Sequence record: DRR378314_434
Length of the DNA: 64,000 bases
Reading direction: 5' to 3' (one strand)
Below the pieces are notes generated by a model, which was not told where the DNA came from, ran no database searches, and worked only from the letters and a program-made list of their open reading frames with translations. Made by a program: the position numbers and the translations under genes. How positions within the stretch are numbered: position 1 is the first letter of the stretch; each line of letters starts with the position of its first letter. Below, one piece after another: positions 41,601 to 50,891 of the stretch.

Positions 41601-42156
41601 ACAGATTGAAAGCATTGGCTTTACTTTATACATGGACATGCTGGAGCAAGCGGTTAAAGCTTTAAAAGAAGGCAAAGAACCCGCGCTTGCGCAACTGCTA
41701 CACGAACGTGCTGAAATTGACCTGAAACTGCCGGCACTTTTACCTGAAGCTTACATACCAGACGTCAATAATCGTTTAAGTTTGTATAAGCGAATAGCCA
41801 ACTGCGAAACCAGCAAAGAGCTTGATGATCTGCAAGTAGAATTGATTGATCGTTTTGGCCTGTTACCGGACGCCGCAAAAAACCTGATTCGGCAGACACA
41901 ACTTCGCAATAATGCGGAACAGTTAGGTATACGCAAAATTGATATTGGTAATCAGGGCGGTATTATTGAGTTTGCCGACGACACGAAAATTAACCCCGAG
42001 ATAATTATTGGGTTAATTCAAAAAGCGCCCAGCTATTATAAGCTGGACGGGCCGAATCGTTTACGTTTGAGTCAACCACTGGAAGATACTCAAAGCCGCT
42101 TAAAACTGGTAGAGTCTCTGCTAGACGAGTTTGCAGAGCAATCTCAGGCGGCGTAA
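38674..42156 (+). CDS. mfd: Transcription-repair coupling factor
   Basis: DWETLPYD, GDVGFGKT, DEEHRFG, QLRGRVGR, TRCF C-terminus. Confidence 0.98.
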   Translation: MTKASVLRPPFPPAANKDLTWQELHGSSPAMAIARLIDATPGRVLIVTADANQAHRLEQEVKYFAGEHTEYHDDITLFPDWETLPYDSFSPHQDIISDRLSVLARLPDAKRGALIVSINTLLHRIAPTSFVQGQALQIEKGQQLDSLKLRQQLENAGYRHVNQVMEHGEFSARGSILDLYPMGSQTPYRLDFFDDEVDTIRPFDPETQLSKDPIDGINLLPAHEFPLTKTAIERFRANYREHFEASTERESVYQQVSKGQLPGGIEYYLPLFFEETASLFDYLPDDTVLVTFGNIQASLERLWQDINHRYDQRQFDPLRPLLHPNELFLPVDNIHAGFKQYRRVRANVPAEMAQPGPTPFLTQAVTEIAADHQQKQPFAKLKTKLEQALAEGEKVLLSAESAGRREALREIVSKLGFQVRLCSGLDECPTQQIGLIISPIINSFYLPDAKLWFITETELFGNRVVQSRRRQQKATVSADTLIRNLAELQAGQPVVHLDHGVGRYQGLTTLDAGNVTTEFVTIEYAGGAKLYVPVANLNVLSRYSGGEESHAPLNKLGNDSWDKAKKRAAEKVRDVAAELLDIYARREAKPGYAFNINEEDYQRFAAGFPFEETIDQQTAIDAVKQDMQQPRAMDRLVCGDVGFGKTEVAMRAAFIAVNEGKQVMVLVPTTLLAQQHYENFSDRFADQAIRVEVLSRFKTAKQSKGILEDLSNGKVDIVIGTHKLLQDNVKCHDLGLLIVDEEHRFGVRQKDTIKRLRADVDILTLTATPIPRTLNMAMNNIRDLSIIATPPAKRLAVKTFVREYDEPTVREAILREILRGGQVYFLHNNVDTIEKTAADIEALVPEARVVVAHGQMRERDLERIMSDFYHQRFNVLVCTTIIETGIDIPSANTIIMDRADHLGLAQMHQLRGRVGRSHHQAYAYLLTPHPKRMTKDAHKRLEAISQLEDLGAGFMLATHDLEIRGAGELLGDDQSGQIESIGFTLYMDMLEQAVKALKEGKEPALAQLLHERAEIDLKLPALLPEAYIPDVNNRLSLYKRIANCETSKELDDLQVELIDRFGLLPDAAKNLIRQTQLRNNAEQLGIRKIDIGNQGGIIEFADDTKINPEIIIGLIQKAPSYYKLDGPNRLRLSQPLEDTQSRLKLVESLLDEFAEQSQAA

Positions 42157-42171
42157 CACAGGAGTGAATAA

Positions 42172-43269
42172 ATGGCGCTGGTACATCGGGGTGTAAAATC
42201 GGTACTGGGTTTAGCAACAGCATTAACGGCTTTAGTGTCTGTAAATGCAGCGGCCCAAACAAATAAAGATTATTGGCGCTGGTTTGAAGTTGAAGTTCTG
42301 GTCTTCAAACAAACCGCTACCGATCAGTCCGGCGAAAACTTTTCTTTAACCATGCAGCCTATTGCCGTTAATAAAAGCCGGGATTTATTAACGCCTCACT
42401 ACAGCCAACAAAACCGCTCTCTTCGCAGCGCTCTGCCTGTTTGCGAAGCATTCTCTGAACAAAACTGGCAAATTGATATTGCCTGTCGGTATGACAATGA
42501 AGAACAATGGATACCCATTGCCGGTAACCCATTCGCACCGGAACACAGGTTATCTGAAATGGCCTCTACTGAGGTTGTTATTGATGGCCCCGGTGGAGAT
42601 ATAACGAAGGCCTCGCAACCTTTCCTGATGCCTGCAGATGCGCTCGAACTCTCTCCTATCAGAACCGAACTCGAGCGCAAAGGTCAGGCTAAACCTCTAT
42701 TGCACCTTGCCTGGAGGCAACCGGTATTTACCCGGGGTGTCGGTCGTAAAATGCGCTTATTTGGCGGTAAAAATTATGGCAACGACTTTTTCTACAATGG
42801 TTTTCCCAAAGAGCAGGAGCAACTCGATACACCTTTGGCCAGTGCTGGCCAGGAGCAGCGCATGGATAATATCCAACGCCTGTTCAGCGTTATTGAATCA
42901 GGGACCGAGCCCTTTATCAGCTCAGACGATAACATACCGGTTCGCCCACCTCTGACCGCAGCAGGAAACCCTCAGCTTGCCTGGGAGTTTGACGGCTTAA
43001 TGCATATTTTCCTGGTCGGTAACTATCTGCATATTGACGGTGAATTCAACTTACGCGAACAAGATAAAATTAAGCGTATAGCCAACGACTTAGAAACTCA
43101 GGCGGCGTATGCCCTTAATGGTGCGAGTAAACAAGCACCCTATTTACGTAGCTATTATTTTTCTCAGTTACGGCGAGTTATCAGTCACGAAACACATTAC
43201 TTTGATCACCCTAAACTCGGGGTAGTCGTTCAAATTCGCCGTACTGACTTATCGGCTCCAAGGTACTAA
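42172..43269 (+). CDS. csiV: Periplasmic peptidoglycan-binding CsiV-family protein
   Basis: RWFEVEVLVF, LLHLAWRQP, ETHYFDHPKLG; follows mfd. Confidence 0.8.
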   Translation: MALVHRGVKSVLGLATALTALVSVNAAAQTNKDYWRWFEVEVLVFKQTATDQSGENFSLTMQPIAVNKSRDLLTPHYSQQNRSLRSALPVCEAFSEQNWQIDIACRYDNEEQWIPIAGNPFAPEHRLSEMASTEVVIDGPGGDITKASQPFLMPADALELSPIRTELERKGQAKPLLHLAWRQPVFTRGVGRKMRLFGGKNYGNDFFYNGFPKEQEQLDTPLASAGQEQRMDNIQRLFSVIESGTEPFISSDDNIPVRPPLTAAGNPQLAWEFDGLMHIFLVGNYLHIDGEFNLREQDKIKRIANDLETQAAYALNGASKQAPYLRSYYFSQLRRVISHETHYFDHPKLGVVVQIRRTDLSAPRY

Positions 43270-43286
43270 TAAGTTACGAGGCAATT

Positions 43287-43766
43287 ATGGAAAAGTACGA
43301 AGAACTGCTGCTGGCCTTAAGAAAAGTGATTCGCGCCATCGACTTATACTCTAAGCAGTTAAATAAATATTCCGGGTTAACCGCGCCTCAGTTATTAATT
43401 TTGCGTGAAATAAATGCGGCGAACGGCATAACCGCCAGTAAAGTGGCACAAAATATCAATCTAAGCCCGGCAACCGTATCTAATGTCATCGAACGCCTTG
43501 AACATCGGCAGTTAATCCACAGACACCGTAGTGAACAAGACAAACGTAGGGTTTCTCTGTACCTCACTGAGCAGGGCCTGACTCTACTGGAAAAAGCGCC
43601 ACAGCCGTTGCAGGAAGATTTCATCGAAAAGTTTCAGGCACTGGACGAATGGGAGCAATCGTTGCTGCTCTCCTCAATGCAAAGAATTGCCAATATGATG
43701 GATGCGGAACGTCTCGACGCCGCGCCCGTACTTGAAGTTGGAAGCTACCACAAACTGGACCACTAA
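43287..43766 (+). CDS. MarR-family transcriptional regulator
   Basis: GLTAPQLLIL, LSPATVS, DKRRVSLYLT. Confidence 0.9.
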   Translation: MEKYEELLLALRKVIRAIDLYSKQLNKYSGLTAPQLLILREINAANGITASKVAQNINLSPATVSNVIERLEHRQLIHRHRSEQDKRRVSLYLTEQGLTLLEKAPQPLQEDFIEKFQALDEWEQSLLLSSMQRIANMMDAERLDAAPVLEVGSYHKLDH

Positions 43767-43767
43767 C

Positions 43768-45537
43768 ATGCACAAACGACTACTTAGCTTATTACCCGCT
43801 CTGCTTTTATCGGGAGCTGCAATTGCAGAAAACTGTGGAAGTGACAAAGAGATTATTCCTATTTCACAGGTGCAGGGAGACAGTGAACAGTCTCCAAAGG
43901 TTGGTAAGCAAGTAACCGTGCGCGGTATTGTTACCGCAGGCTGGCAGCCATCTGAACAGCTTGGCGGCTTTTTTCTTCACAGTTTGCCCGAAGACATGGA
44001 TGAGAACCCTGCCACTTCAGAGGGGTTATTTATAGCAACCAATAAGCAGCATTCACAAGTTAATAACGGTGAATGGGTAAGAGTTACAGGACAAGTTGAA
44101 GAGCGTTCGGAATTAACCTCGTTAATAGAGGTATCTAATATAACAACCTGTGGTGAAGCAAAAACACTTCCTGTGACAACTGAGCTGGAGCTTCCGGTTG
44201 AATCACTTGACGCGCTTGAAGCCTTAGAAGGTATGCCTGTCATTTTATCCGCAACTAAAGGCGAGAGCCTGACGGTTTCCGGCAATTACAATTACCCTCG
44301 CTACGGTTTTTTCGATATTTCCGCAGGGCGCTTATGGACGCCAACTCAAGTCGTTATGCCGGGAAAAGACGCGAAACTTCAGGCACAGGAAAACGAATTG
44401 AACCGCTTGCAGGTTGATGACAACAGCAATGTTATCGAGCCACGTCCACTGCCATTTTCAGAGCTTCAACATGGTGAACAAGGTAGTCTACGTTCGGGTG
44501 CAACCCTGAAAAGCTTCTCCGGTATTATCAGCCAGTTCAATAACCGTTACCGAATTCAGCCAACCGACGACTTAGAACTAGAAACACCGTCGGTGCAACC
44601 GCAACTGGCAGAGAAGTCAGATAAGGCCTTGCGCATCGCCAGTTTTAATGTGCTGAACTTCTTTAATGGAAACGGCGCCGGACAAGGTTTCCCGACTCCC
44701 AGAGGAGCCGACACGCCTGAGCAAATGCAACGACAACAGAAAAAAATTGTTGCCGCACTAACAGCTATTGATGCTGATGTTATTGGTTTAATGGAAATTG
44801 AGAATGACGGATTTGGTGAGCGCAGCGCAATAATGCAACTGGTCAAGGCACTGGAGAAAGCATCAGGGAAAGATTATGCAATAGCTGAGCCGCGTGCAGA
44901 AAAAATCGGAACAGACCAAATTACTGTCGGTATTATTTATCAGCCGCAGCGCGTAAAACCAAATTCTCACGCGATATTTACACGTCAGGGGCCTTTCTCC
45001 TGGGGAAGCCGCCCTCCTCTTGCACAAAGCTTTATCGACGCAAACACAGGTAAAGAATTCAGTGTTGTGGTAAACCACTTCAAGTCGAAAGGCAGTTGTC
45101 CGGAAGACTCCGAAAGCCCAAATAGTAATCAAAATGATGGGCAGGCGTGCTGGAACGACTTAAGACTTCAGTCCTCGCAAGAGTTAATTCAATGGATTCA
45201 GAGCGAGTCTTTAGCAAACCCGGTATTATTGGGCGATTTTAACGCTTACTATCAGGAAGACCCGGTGCGTTATTTTGCTGACAATGGTTTTTATAACCCT
45301 TCAGGCGCAAAAGACTATTCTTACGTTTATGACAGTCAGGCCGGGGCTTTGGATCACGTTTTTGTTGCAGACTCACTTAAAGACGCGATTCAGGAGGTGT
45401 ATCACCTACCCTTTAATGCTGACGAACCCCAGCTATATGATTACCGCGATGAGGCGTACTTTGCAGAAGGCCCATTTCGCTCTTCTGACCATGATCCATT
45501 AGTACTGGACTTAGTTTTTTCTGGCTCTGGCATGTAG
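43768..45537 (+). CDS. ExeM/NucH-family extracellular endonuclease
   Basis: Signal peptide, OB-fold (ISQVQG), SFNVLNFF, NHFKSK, GDFNAY, SSDHDP. Confidence 0.9.
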   Translation: MHKRLLSLLPALLLSGAAIAENCGSDKEIIPISQVQGDSEQSPKVGKQVTVRGIVTAGWQPSEQLGGFFLHSLPEDMDENPATSEGLFIATNKQHSQVNNGEWVRVTGQVEERSELTSLIEVSNITTCGEAKTLPVTTELELPVESLDALEALEGMPVILSATKGESLTVSGNYNYPRYGFFDISAGRLWTPTQVVMPGKDAKLQAQENELNRLQVDDNSNVIEPRPLPFSELQHGEQGSLRSGATLKSFSGIISQFNNRYRIQPTDDLELETPSVQPQLAEKSDKALRIASFNVLNFFNGNGAGQGFPTPRGADTPEQMQRQQKKIVAALTAIDADVIGLMEIENDGFGERSAIMQLVKALEKASGKDYAIAEPRAEKIGTDQITVGIIYQPQRVKPNSHAIFTRQGPFSWGSRPPLAQSFIDANTGKEFSVVVNHFKSKGSCPEDSESPNSNQNDGQACWNDLRLQSSQELIQWIQSESLANPVLLGDFNAYYQEDPVRYFADNGFYNPSGAKDYSYVYDSQAGALDHVFVADSLKDAIQEVYHLPFNADEPQLYDYRDEAYFAEGPFRSSDHDPLVLDLVFSGSGM

Positions 45538-46490
45538 GCATTATCGGTTCCGAAGTGAACCTCGAACTCAACACCAAGCAACCACTGACCGTTACGCTGT
45601 TCTGTCATAAGATTGCGAGGCCAGTGGTACCCAACCCAGGCTTCCACAAAAAACCAGTCCCGTAAGTATCGCTGACGATTAAGAAAGCGCAATCCATAGT
45701 CCTGAACAGGCACTTCATGGTCAGTATTGCCCTCTATCCAGGTTTCTGTCGCCCAGGCTTTTTCCTGCCCATACAAATGATATAAACGCGCAGTACTGTT
45801 CCAGCGAATACCGTCTGTTTCTTCTGCAAAGGTGCCTTTAGAAGCCCACCTTAATAGCCATGTATCAGTTAATGTGGCTTCATAATCCACTCTCTGTGCA
45901 ACACCAAAGCCGTCACTGTCGCGCCAGAAAGCTGAAGACTGCATACGAACTTGCTGATTGCCTGAAAAAACAAAACCTGTCATGTAGCGGGCTCTGGCAT
46001 AGGTATCAAACCGTAAACCACCACGGATACCTATACTGTAGGACACTCGATGCGCTTCGTTAATTTCGGGATCAAAACCTAAGCCCACTAGCCACTCTTC
46101 GTCTGACTGAGGAGAACGAATAACTGAAGGGCGACCGGTAGAGTCATCATCCAGAAACTCATTTTCATCAACCCGACCAATGAAAGCTGAAACGTTTTCT
46201 TTTAGCTTAGGTAAGGTTACCCGGGCTCTAAAACGCGACTTAACTTCAAAGCCATCGTACTGATCCCATTGCGGCGCAACCGAAAGCCGCCCATATGAAC
46301 GTTCATATTGATTAATGCTTTCATTTCCGAACAAGCCGTCAAACCAACGCGCGGTTACATCTACCGAGGTTCCAAGCCCGCTGCGGAAACTGTCCAGCCA
46401 CATACCATCTTCTTCATCAGCTTGTTGAGCTGCTGTAGCTGACTGGCAACCAAGACTAAAAATAAAAGCTAACCAAGTAATCTTTTTCAT
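45441..46490 (-). CDS. Hypothetical exported, probably outer-membrane beta-barrel protein
   Basis: Signal peptide from ATG 46490; alternating beta-strand pattern rich in aromatic residues. Confidence 0.7.
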   Translation of the reverse strand: MKKITWLAFIFSLGCQSATAAQQADEEDGMWLDSFRSGLGTSVDVTARWFDGLFGNESINQYERSYGRLSVAPQWDQYDGFEVKSRFRARVTLPKLKENVSAFIGRVDENEFLDDDSTGRPSVIRSPQSDEEWLVGLGFDPEINEAHRVSYSIGIRGGLRFDTYARARYMTGFVFSGNQQVRMQSSAFWRDSDGFGVAQRVDYEATLTDTWLLRWASKGTFAEETDGIRWNSTARLYHLYGQEKAWATETWIEGNTDHEVPVQDYGLRFLNRQRYLRDWFFVEAWVGYHWPRNLMTEQRNGQWLLGVEFEVHFGTDNAYMPEPEKTKSSTNGSWSEERNGPSAKYASSR

Positions 46491-46535
46491 ATTGAACGGT
46501 CTATAACTAAACACCACCTTTGGTTGGAGAACACT

Positions 46536-47648
46536 ATGTCGTTTCGCCTTATAATTGTTATTGTCGGTTTGTTAGTATCTTGTTTCAGCATGGCACAGAA
46601 TAGCGAGCCAACAAAGCAAAAAAATGAAAAAGTCGCGACTTTTGCCGGCGGCTGTTTCTGGTGTGTTGAAGAAGCTTTCGAGAAAATGCCCGGAGTCCGG
46701 GAAGTCATTTCTGGCTACAGCGGAGGTGACGAAGTCAACCCGACATACGAAGAGGTTTCAGCAGGTAAAACCGGGCATACGGAAGCAGCCCAGATATACT
46801 ACAACCCGGATGTCGTAAGCTACGCGGCATTACTTCAGAAGTTATGGCGTATCAGTGACCCGACAGACAACGACGGACAGTTTGTTGACCGCGGTAAACA
46901 GTATCGCCCCGCTGTTTTTTATCATAATGATGAACAAAAGCGCATAGCTATGGAGTCGCGCGAATGGCTGGATAAAAATGGCCCCTTCCCTGACCCGGTG
47001 GTTATTGAAATAACACCCTTTAAGAGCTTCTACAAAGCTGAAGAATACCACCAGGACTATTACGACAAGAACCCCGTTCGCTACCGCATTTATACCTACA
47101 ACTCGGGGCGTTATGACTTCGTTGAAAAGCATTGGGGCGATACCTCGGACGTTGACTATCAGCAATTTACGAATGACAACCCGACAGGTAAAGCTGAGCA
47201 GCAAAGTTTCGTTAAACCTAGTGACAGCGAACTGAAAAAACGCCTAACGGATATTCAGTATGCAGTGACTCAGGAAGACCAAACGGAACCCGCCTTCGAT
47301 AACCGCTACTGGGACAATGAGCGCAAGGGTATTTATGTAGATGTAGTAAGTGGTGAGCCACTTTTCTCTTCAGCAGATAAATACGAATCGGGTACCGGTT
47401 GGCCAAGTTTTACTAAGCCCATAAGCCCAGACGCGGTAGTAGAAAAAGATGACAGCAGCTGGTTCTATACCCGGACTGAAATTCGCAGCCGCAAAGCAGA
47501 CTCTCATGTAGGCCACGTTTTTAATGATGGTCCACCGCCTACTGGTTTAAGATACTGCATGAATTCAGCGGCACTGCGCTTTATTCCTTTAGAAAAAATG
47601 GAGGAAGAAGGGTACGGTGACTACATTCCTGCAGTCACCGATGATTAG
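46536..47648 (+). CDS. msrAB: Exported bifunctional methionine sulfoxide reductase MsrA/MsrB
   Basis: Signal peptide; [29 protein letters not shown]. Confidence 0.93.
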   Translation: MSFRLIIVIVGLLVSCFSMAQNSEPTKQKNEKVATFAGGCFWCVEEAFEKMPGVREVISGYSGGDEVNPTYEEVSAGKTGHTEAAQIYYNPDVVSYAALLQKLWRISDPTDNDGQFVDRGKQYRPAVFYHNDEQKRIAMESREWLDKNGPFPDPVVIEITPFKSFYKAEEYHQDYYDKNPVRYRIYTYNSGRYDFVEKHWGDTSDVDYQQFTNDNPTGKAEQQSFVKPSDSELKKRLTDIQYAVTQEDQTEPAFDNRYWDNERKGIYVDVVSGEPLFSSADKYESGTGWPSFTKPISPDAVVEKDDSSWFYTRTEIRSRKADSHVGHVFNDGPPPTGLRYCMNSAALRFIPLEKMEEEGYGDYIPAVTDD

Positions 47649-47662
47649 TTAAGCGGTAATAA

Positions 47663-49678
47663 TTAGGCTGTCCAGCCCAGCTCAGTAGCACGCTGCTGAG
47701 CCTGCGCGGGCACATCAGTAGCTACAAAATGATGGTGCAGCACCTGAACACCAAGCATATGGTTGATGACGGCATCAAGCTGCACACGCTCTTCATTCGG
47801 AACATTCTCATCCTGATGCCGTTCAAAGGTCCGCACCACTTCGTCGTAGTCAAGCAAACCGGCTGACTTAACTGCCTCAGCATTCAGGAATTGCTCCGCC
47901 AGCTTCTCAACAGCTTTCCACTTCTCCGGGTCGGTGTGCGCCGGCGGCGCCATAAAAGCGAACTTTTCCCGTTTATACAGCGTTTCCGGCAACAAGCCTT
48001 TCATGGCTTCACGCAACACATATTTTTCTTTATTGCCTTTAATACGCAGGTGCGGCGGCACAGTGAAAGCGTATTCCGCCAAGTGATGATCTAAAAATGC
48101 CGGGCGCGCCTCCATTGAATTAGCCATATCCACCCGGTCGCCGCCCCAGGTCAGAATTTGCCCCTCAAGCATGGTTTTAATCCAGACATACTGAGCTCTG
48201 TCCAGCGGATGCCGACCATCCAGCATGTCTTTATCAAGCGTGTTGGCAATAGCCAGGCTGGGGTCATAGCCTTCAACCTGTTTTCGCTTGTTCTCCGACA
48301 TAAGCGGCAGCGCAACCGATGAGCAGGAAAGCCACGGCTGCACACAACTTGGAGTAAAACCCATTTTCTGGTTAAAAGCGTCGCTGACAAACTCTTCGCG
48401 AGCCAACATCGCGCCTTTAAAGAGTTTATTGTTTTTCTCCAACAGCTCCTGCCACTCAACCCGCTCTACTTCCGGTAAATGGTCGAGTCCATGCAGGAAC
48501 ATGTCCTTTCTAAAAGCCGGGTAACCGGCAAAGAGTTCATCGGAACCCTCTCCGGTCATCACGACTTTATAGCCGGCTTCATGCACCTCTTTACTCATCA
48601 GGTACTTGGCTACGCCCAGCGTGTTATATATGGTTCGTTCTGTATGCCACAAAGTTTTTACGAAATGGTCGTAAAGGTCATCGGCTTTAAGCCGCATAAT
48701 GTGGTGATCAGCCTTAGTAGCTTCAGCCATTTCTTCTGCAATAGGTGTTTCATCATAGTCAGCAGAATCGAAACCTATGGTAAAAGCTTTTACCGAGGTT
48801 TGGGTTGAGGCGGACGCAAGTCCCAGAATGGCACATGAATCAATGCCACCGGACAAATAGCAACCTACAGGTACGTCAGCTGTCATTCGGTGCTGAACGG
48901 CTTCCAGTAGCTTAGCGCGGACCCCTTCAATATAAGATTCCTCGTCAACATCCGCTCCCGGATAGCTCTCTTCCGGCGGAAAATCGACATCCCAGTATTT
49001 ATGTTCCGTTGCAACCACTTTGCCATTTTTACGCTGCAACTTAACCACATAACCCGGCTGAACCTGATTAATCCCTTCAAAAGCCGTAGAGCCCGGCACC
49101 ATCACTTGAATCAGTTGGTGGTATAAGCCCTCTGCCGAAAACTCCCGTTTAACGTCCGGGTGAGCAAACAACACTTTCAGCTCAGAGCCAAACACCACGC
49201 CATGCTCCGTTTCCGTCCAGTATAAAGGCTTAATTCCAAATCTGTCGCGCACCAGGTACAGGCTTTCATCTTTTGCATCGAATAAGCCGAAAGCGAACTC
49301 TCCACGAAGCTCCTTTAGGGTGTCCTCCAGTCCGTAACGCTCAAACAGGTGAAGAACAATTTCAGAGTCGCTTTTACTGTTAAAGCGTGCGCCACGAGCG
49401 GTTAAATCCGCACGTATGCGTTTGAAATCGTAAAACTCGCCGTTATGAGTCAGCATCAGTCGTTTATCGGCTGATATAAAAGGTTGCCGACCTCGCTTTT
49501 CATCTAGGTCGATAATGGATAAACGGGCGTGACTAAATCCTACGCCGTAGTCTTGTTGTACTTCATAACCAAACCCGTCGGGACCACGATGATGCATTAT
49601 CGCAGCCATATTAACTAAGGTTTGGGGTTCTATCGCTCTTTCCGTTTGATGATGAAAAACGCCAGCAATTCCGCACAT
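47663..49678 (-). CDS. asnB: Asparagine synthetase B-like glutamine amidotransferase
   Basis: N-terminal MCGIAG, HRGPDG, NGEFY, RDRFGIKPL, SGGIDS, GEGSDE. Confidence 0.85.
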   Translation of the reverse strand: MCGIAGVFHHQTERAIEPQTLVNMAAIMHHRGPDGFGYEVQQDYGVGFSHARLSIIDLDEKRGRQPFISADKRLMLTHNGEFYDFKRIRADLTARGARFNSKSDSEIVLHLFERYGLEDTLKELRGEFAFGLFDAKDESLYLVRDRFGIKPLYWTETEHGVVFGSELKVLFAHPDVKREFSAEGLYHQLIQVMVPGSTAFEGINQVQPGYVVKLQRKNGKVVATEHKYWDVDFPPEESYPGADVDEESYIEGVRAKLLEAVQHRMTADVPVGCYLSGGIDSCAILGLASASTQTSVKAFTIGFDSADYDETPIAEEMAEATKADHHIMRLKADDLYDHFVKTLWHTERTIYNTLGVAKYLMSKEVHEAGYKVVMTGEGSDELFAGYPAFRKDMFLHGLDHLPEVERVEWQELLEKNNKLFKGAMLAREEFVSDAFNQKMGFTPSCVQPWLSCSSVALPLMSENKRKQVEGYDPSLAIANTLDKDMLDGRHPLDRAQYVWIKTMLEGQILTWGGDRVDMANSMEARPAFLDHHLAEYAFTVPPHLRIKGNKEKYVLREAMKGLLPETLYKREKFAFMAPPAHTDPEKWKAVEKLAEQFLNAEAVKSAGLLDYDEVVRTFERHQDENVPNEERVQLDAVINHMLGVQVLHHHFVATDVPAQAQQRATELGWTA

Positions 49679-49696
49679 TCTTTGCTTTTCCTCGTA

Positions 49697-50764
49697 TCAG
49701 ACGACATCAATGACGCGTTCAGCTCGCTGTACCATACAGGTCAGCAGCGCCATACGTAAAAACACCGCACCCCTTGCCTGGCTGAAATACCAGTTATGAG
49801 GCGTATGGTCGAGATCGGCGGATAATTCTTCACCGCGCGCTAAAGGGTGTAAAATAATCGCGCTGTCTTTTAGCGGAGACTGCGCCGTTAAGTGAAACTC
49901 ACTGCCATAAGTACTAAAGGTATCACCTTCCCACGAAATCGCGTTGATATAAACCACGTCGAGCTCTGGTAGTACCTGCTCTAAATCCCGGGTCGTACGA
50001 ATCTTTATTCCGGCTTGCTCAATCTGTTCTCGTTGCTCACTTCCAAACAGCTGAGTCGACGATTCCTCGTCATGAATAATGACAATTTCATCAATTGCTT
50101 TTGGAAACTTCACTAAACATTTAATAAAGCTGCGCACGGTACGCATTTTATTTGGCACACCAATAATGCCAATTTTTATCGGCGCTTTATCGGCTTCGTC
50201 CGTCACTAAATCGGGACGCCATTTAAACAGTGCGTACATATCCGTAAGCGCCTGAGTCGGGTGTTCATCTGAACCATTACCCGCATTAATAATAGGAATG
50301 CGCAGCGAATCGATCATCTCTTCCAGTGAGGTTTCATTATTGTCCCTCAACACCACGCAGTCACCATAGTTATTAAACATTTCAGCCACATCGGCTAAAC
50401 GTTCACCTTTGGCTATGCCGGTAGTAGAACGGTCAGTAATTGACATAATATCGCCGCCCAGACGGTGCCAGGCGCTTTCAAATGACAGACGAGTACGAGT
50501 ACTTGGCTCGTAAAACGCGCTGATTAAAATTTTGCCCTGTAATGAGGTACTAAAACGACGAGGGTTAGCCTCGTACTTTGCAGCAAGCCGGAACAGTTGC
50601 AGCATCCCCAGCTGCGAAAACTGATCAGCAGACACAACATGCTGATTCGACAAGTTCAGCAAGTAATCACCATCTTCCTGAATTGCTTTTAATAACGCCT
50701 TTGGATGAGCATCGCCGCAAACATCGGGGCGCTCTCGTTCAAAGGAGACATCCTTTATAGTCAT
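49697..50764 (-). CDS. Aspartate-carbamoyltransferase-like enzyme with altered acceptor site
   Basis: FYEPSTRTRLSFE, AKGE, NAGNG, HPTQ, HPL; the usual TRxQxER motif is replaced by NAISWEG. Confidence 0.85.
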   Translation of the reverse strand: MTIKDVSFERERPDVCGDAHPKALLKAIQEDGDYLLNLSNQHVVSADQFSQLGMLQLFRLAAKYEANPRRFSTSLQGKILISAFYEPSTRTRLSFESAWHRLGGDIMSITDRSTTGIAKGERLADVAEMFNNYGDCVVLRDNNETSLEEMIDSLRIPIINAGNGSDEHPTQALTDMYALFKWRPDLVTDEADKAPIKIGIIGVPNKMRTVRSFIKCLVKFPKAIDEIVIIHDEESSTQLFGSEQREQIEQAGIKIRTTRDLEQVLPELDVVYINAISWEGDTFSTYGSEFHLTAQSPLKDSAIILHPLARGEELSADLDHTPHNWYFSQARGAVFLRMALLTCMVQRAERVIDVV

Positions 50765-50768
50765 ACAA

Positions 50769-50891
50769 TTACCATATGGTTTTAGAAATAAAATCTTTAA
50801 TAAAAAGCCCGAGTAACAAAACCGGAGCTAAGCAAGTTATTATTAGCGCCAAAGAAATTAACCACTCAAAAGCCAGTTCACTGATTAGCAT
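50769..50891 (-). CDS. Unannotated 40-aa single-TM small protein
   Basis: SD AAGGAG, ATG 50891, MLISELAFEWLISLALIITCLAPVLLLGLFIKDFISKTIW*; fills the gap between the symporter and the carbamoyltransferase. Confidence 0.7.
   Translation of the reverse strand: MLISELAFEWLISLALIITCLAPVLLLGLFIKDFISKTIW

Noticed and set aside
49697-50764. Calling this gene pyrB
   Set aside because: The Asp beta-carboxylate motif is missing and there is no pyrI/pyrC context
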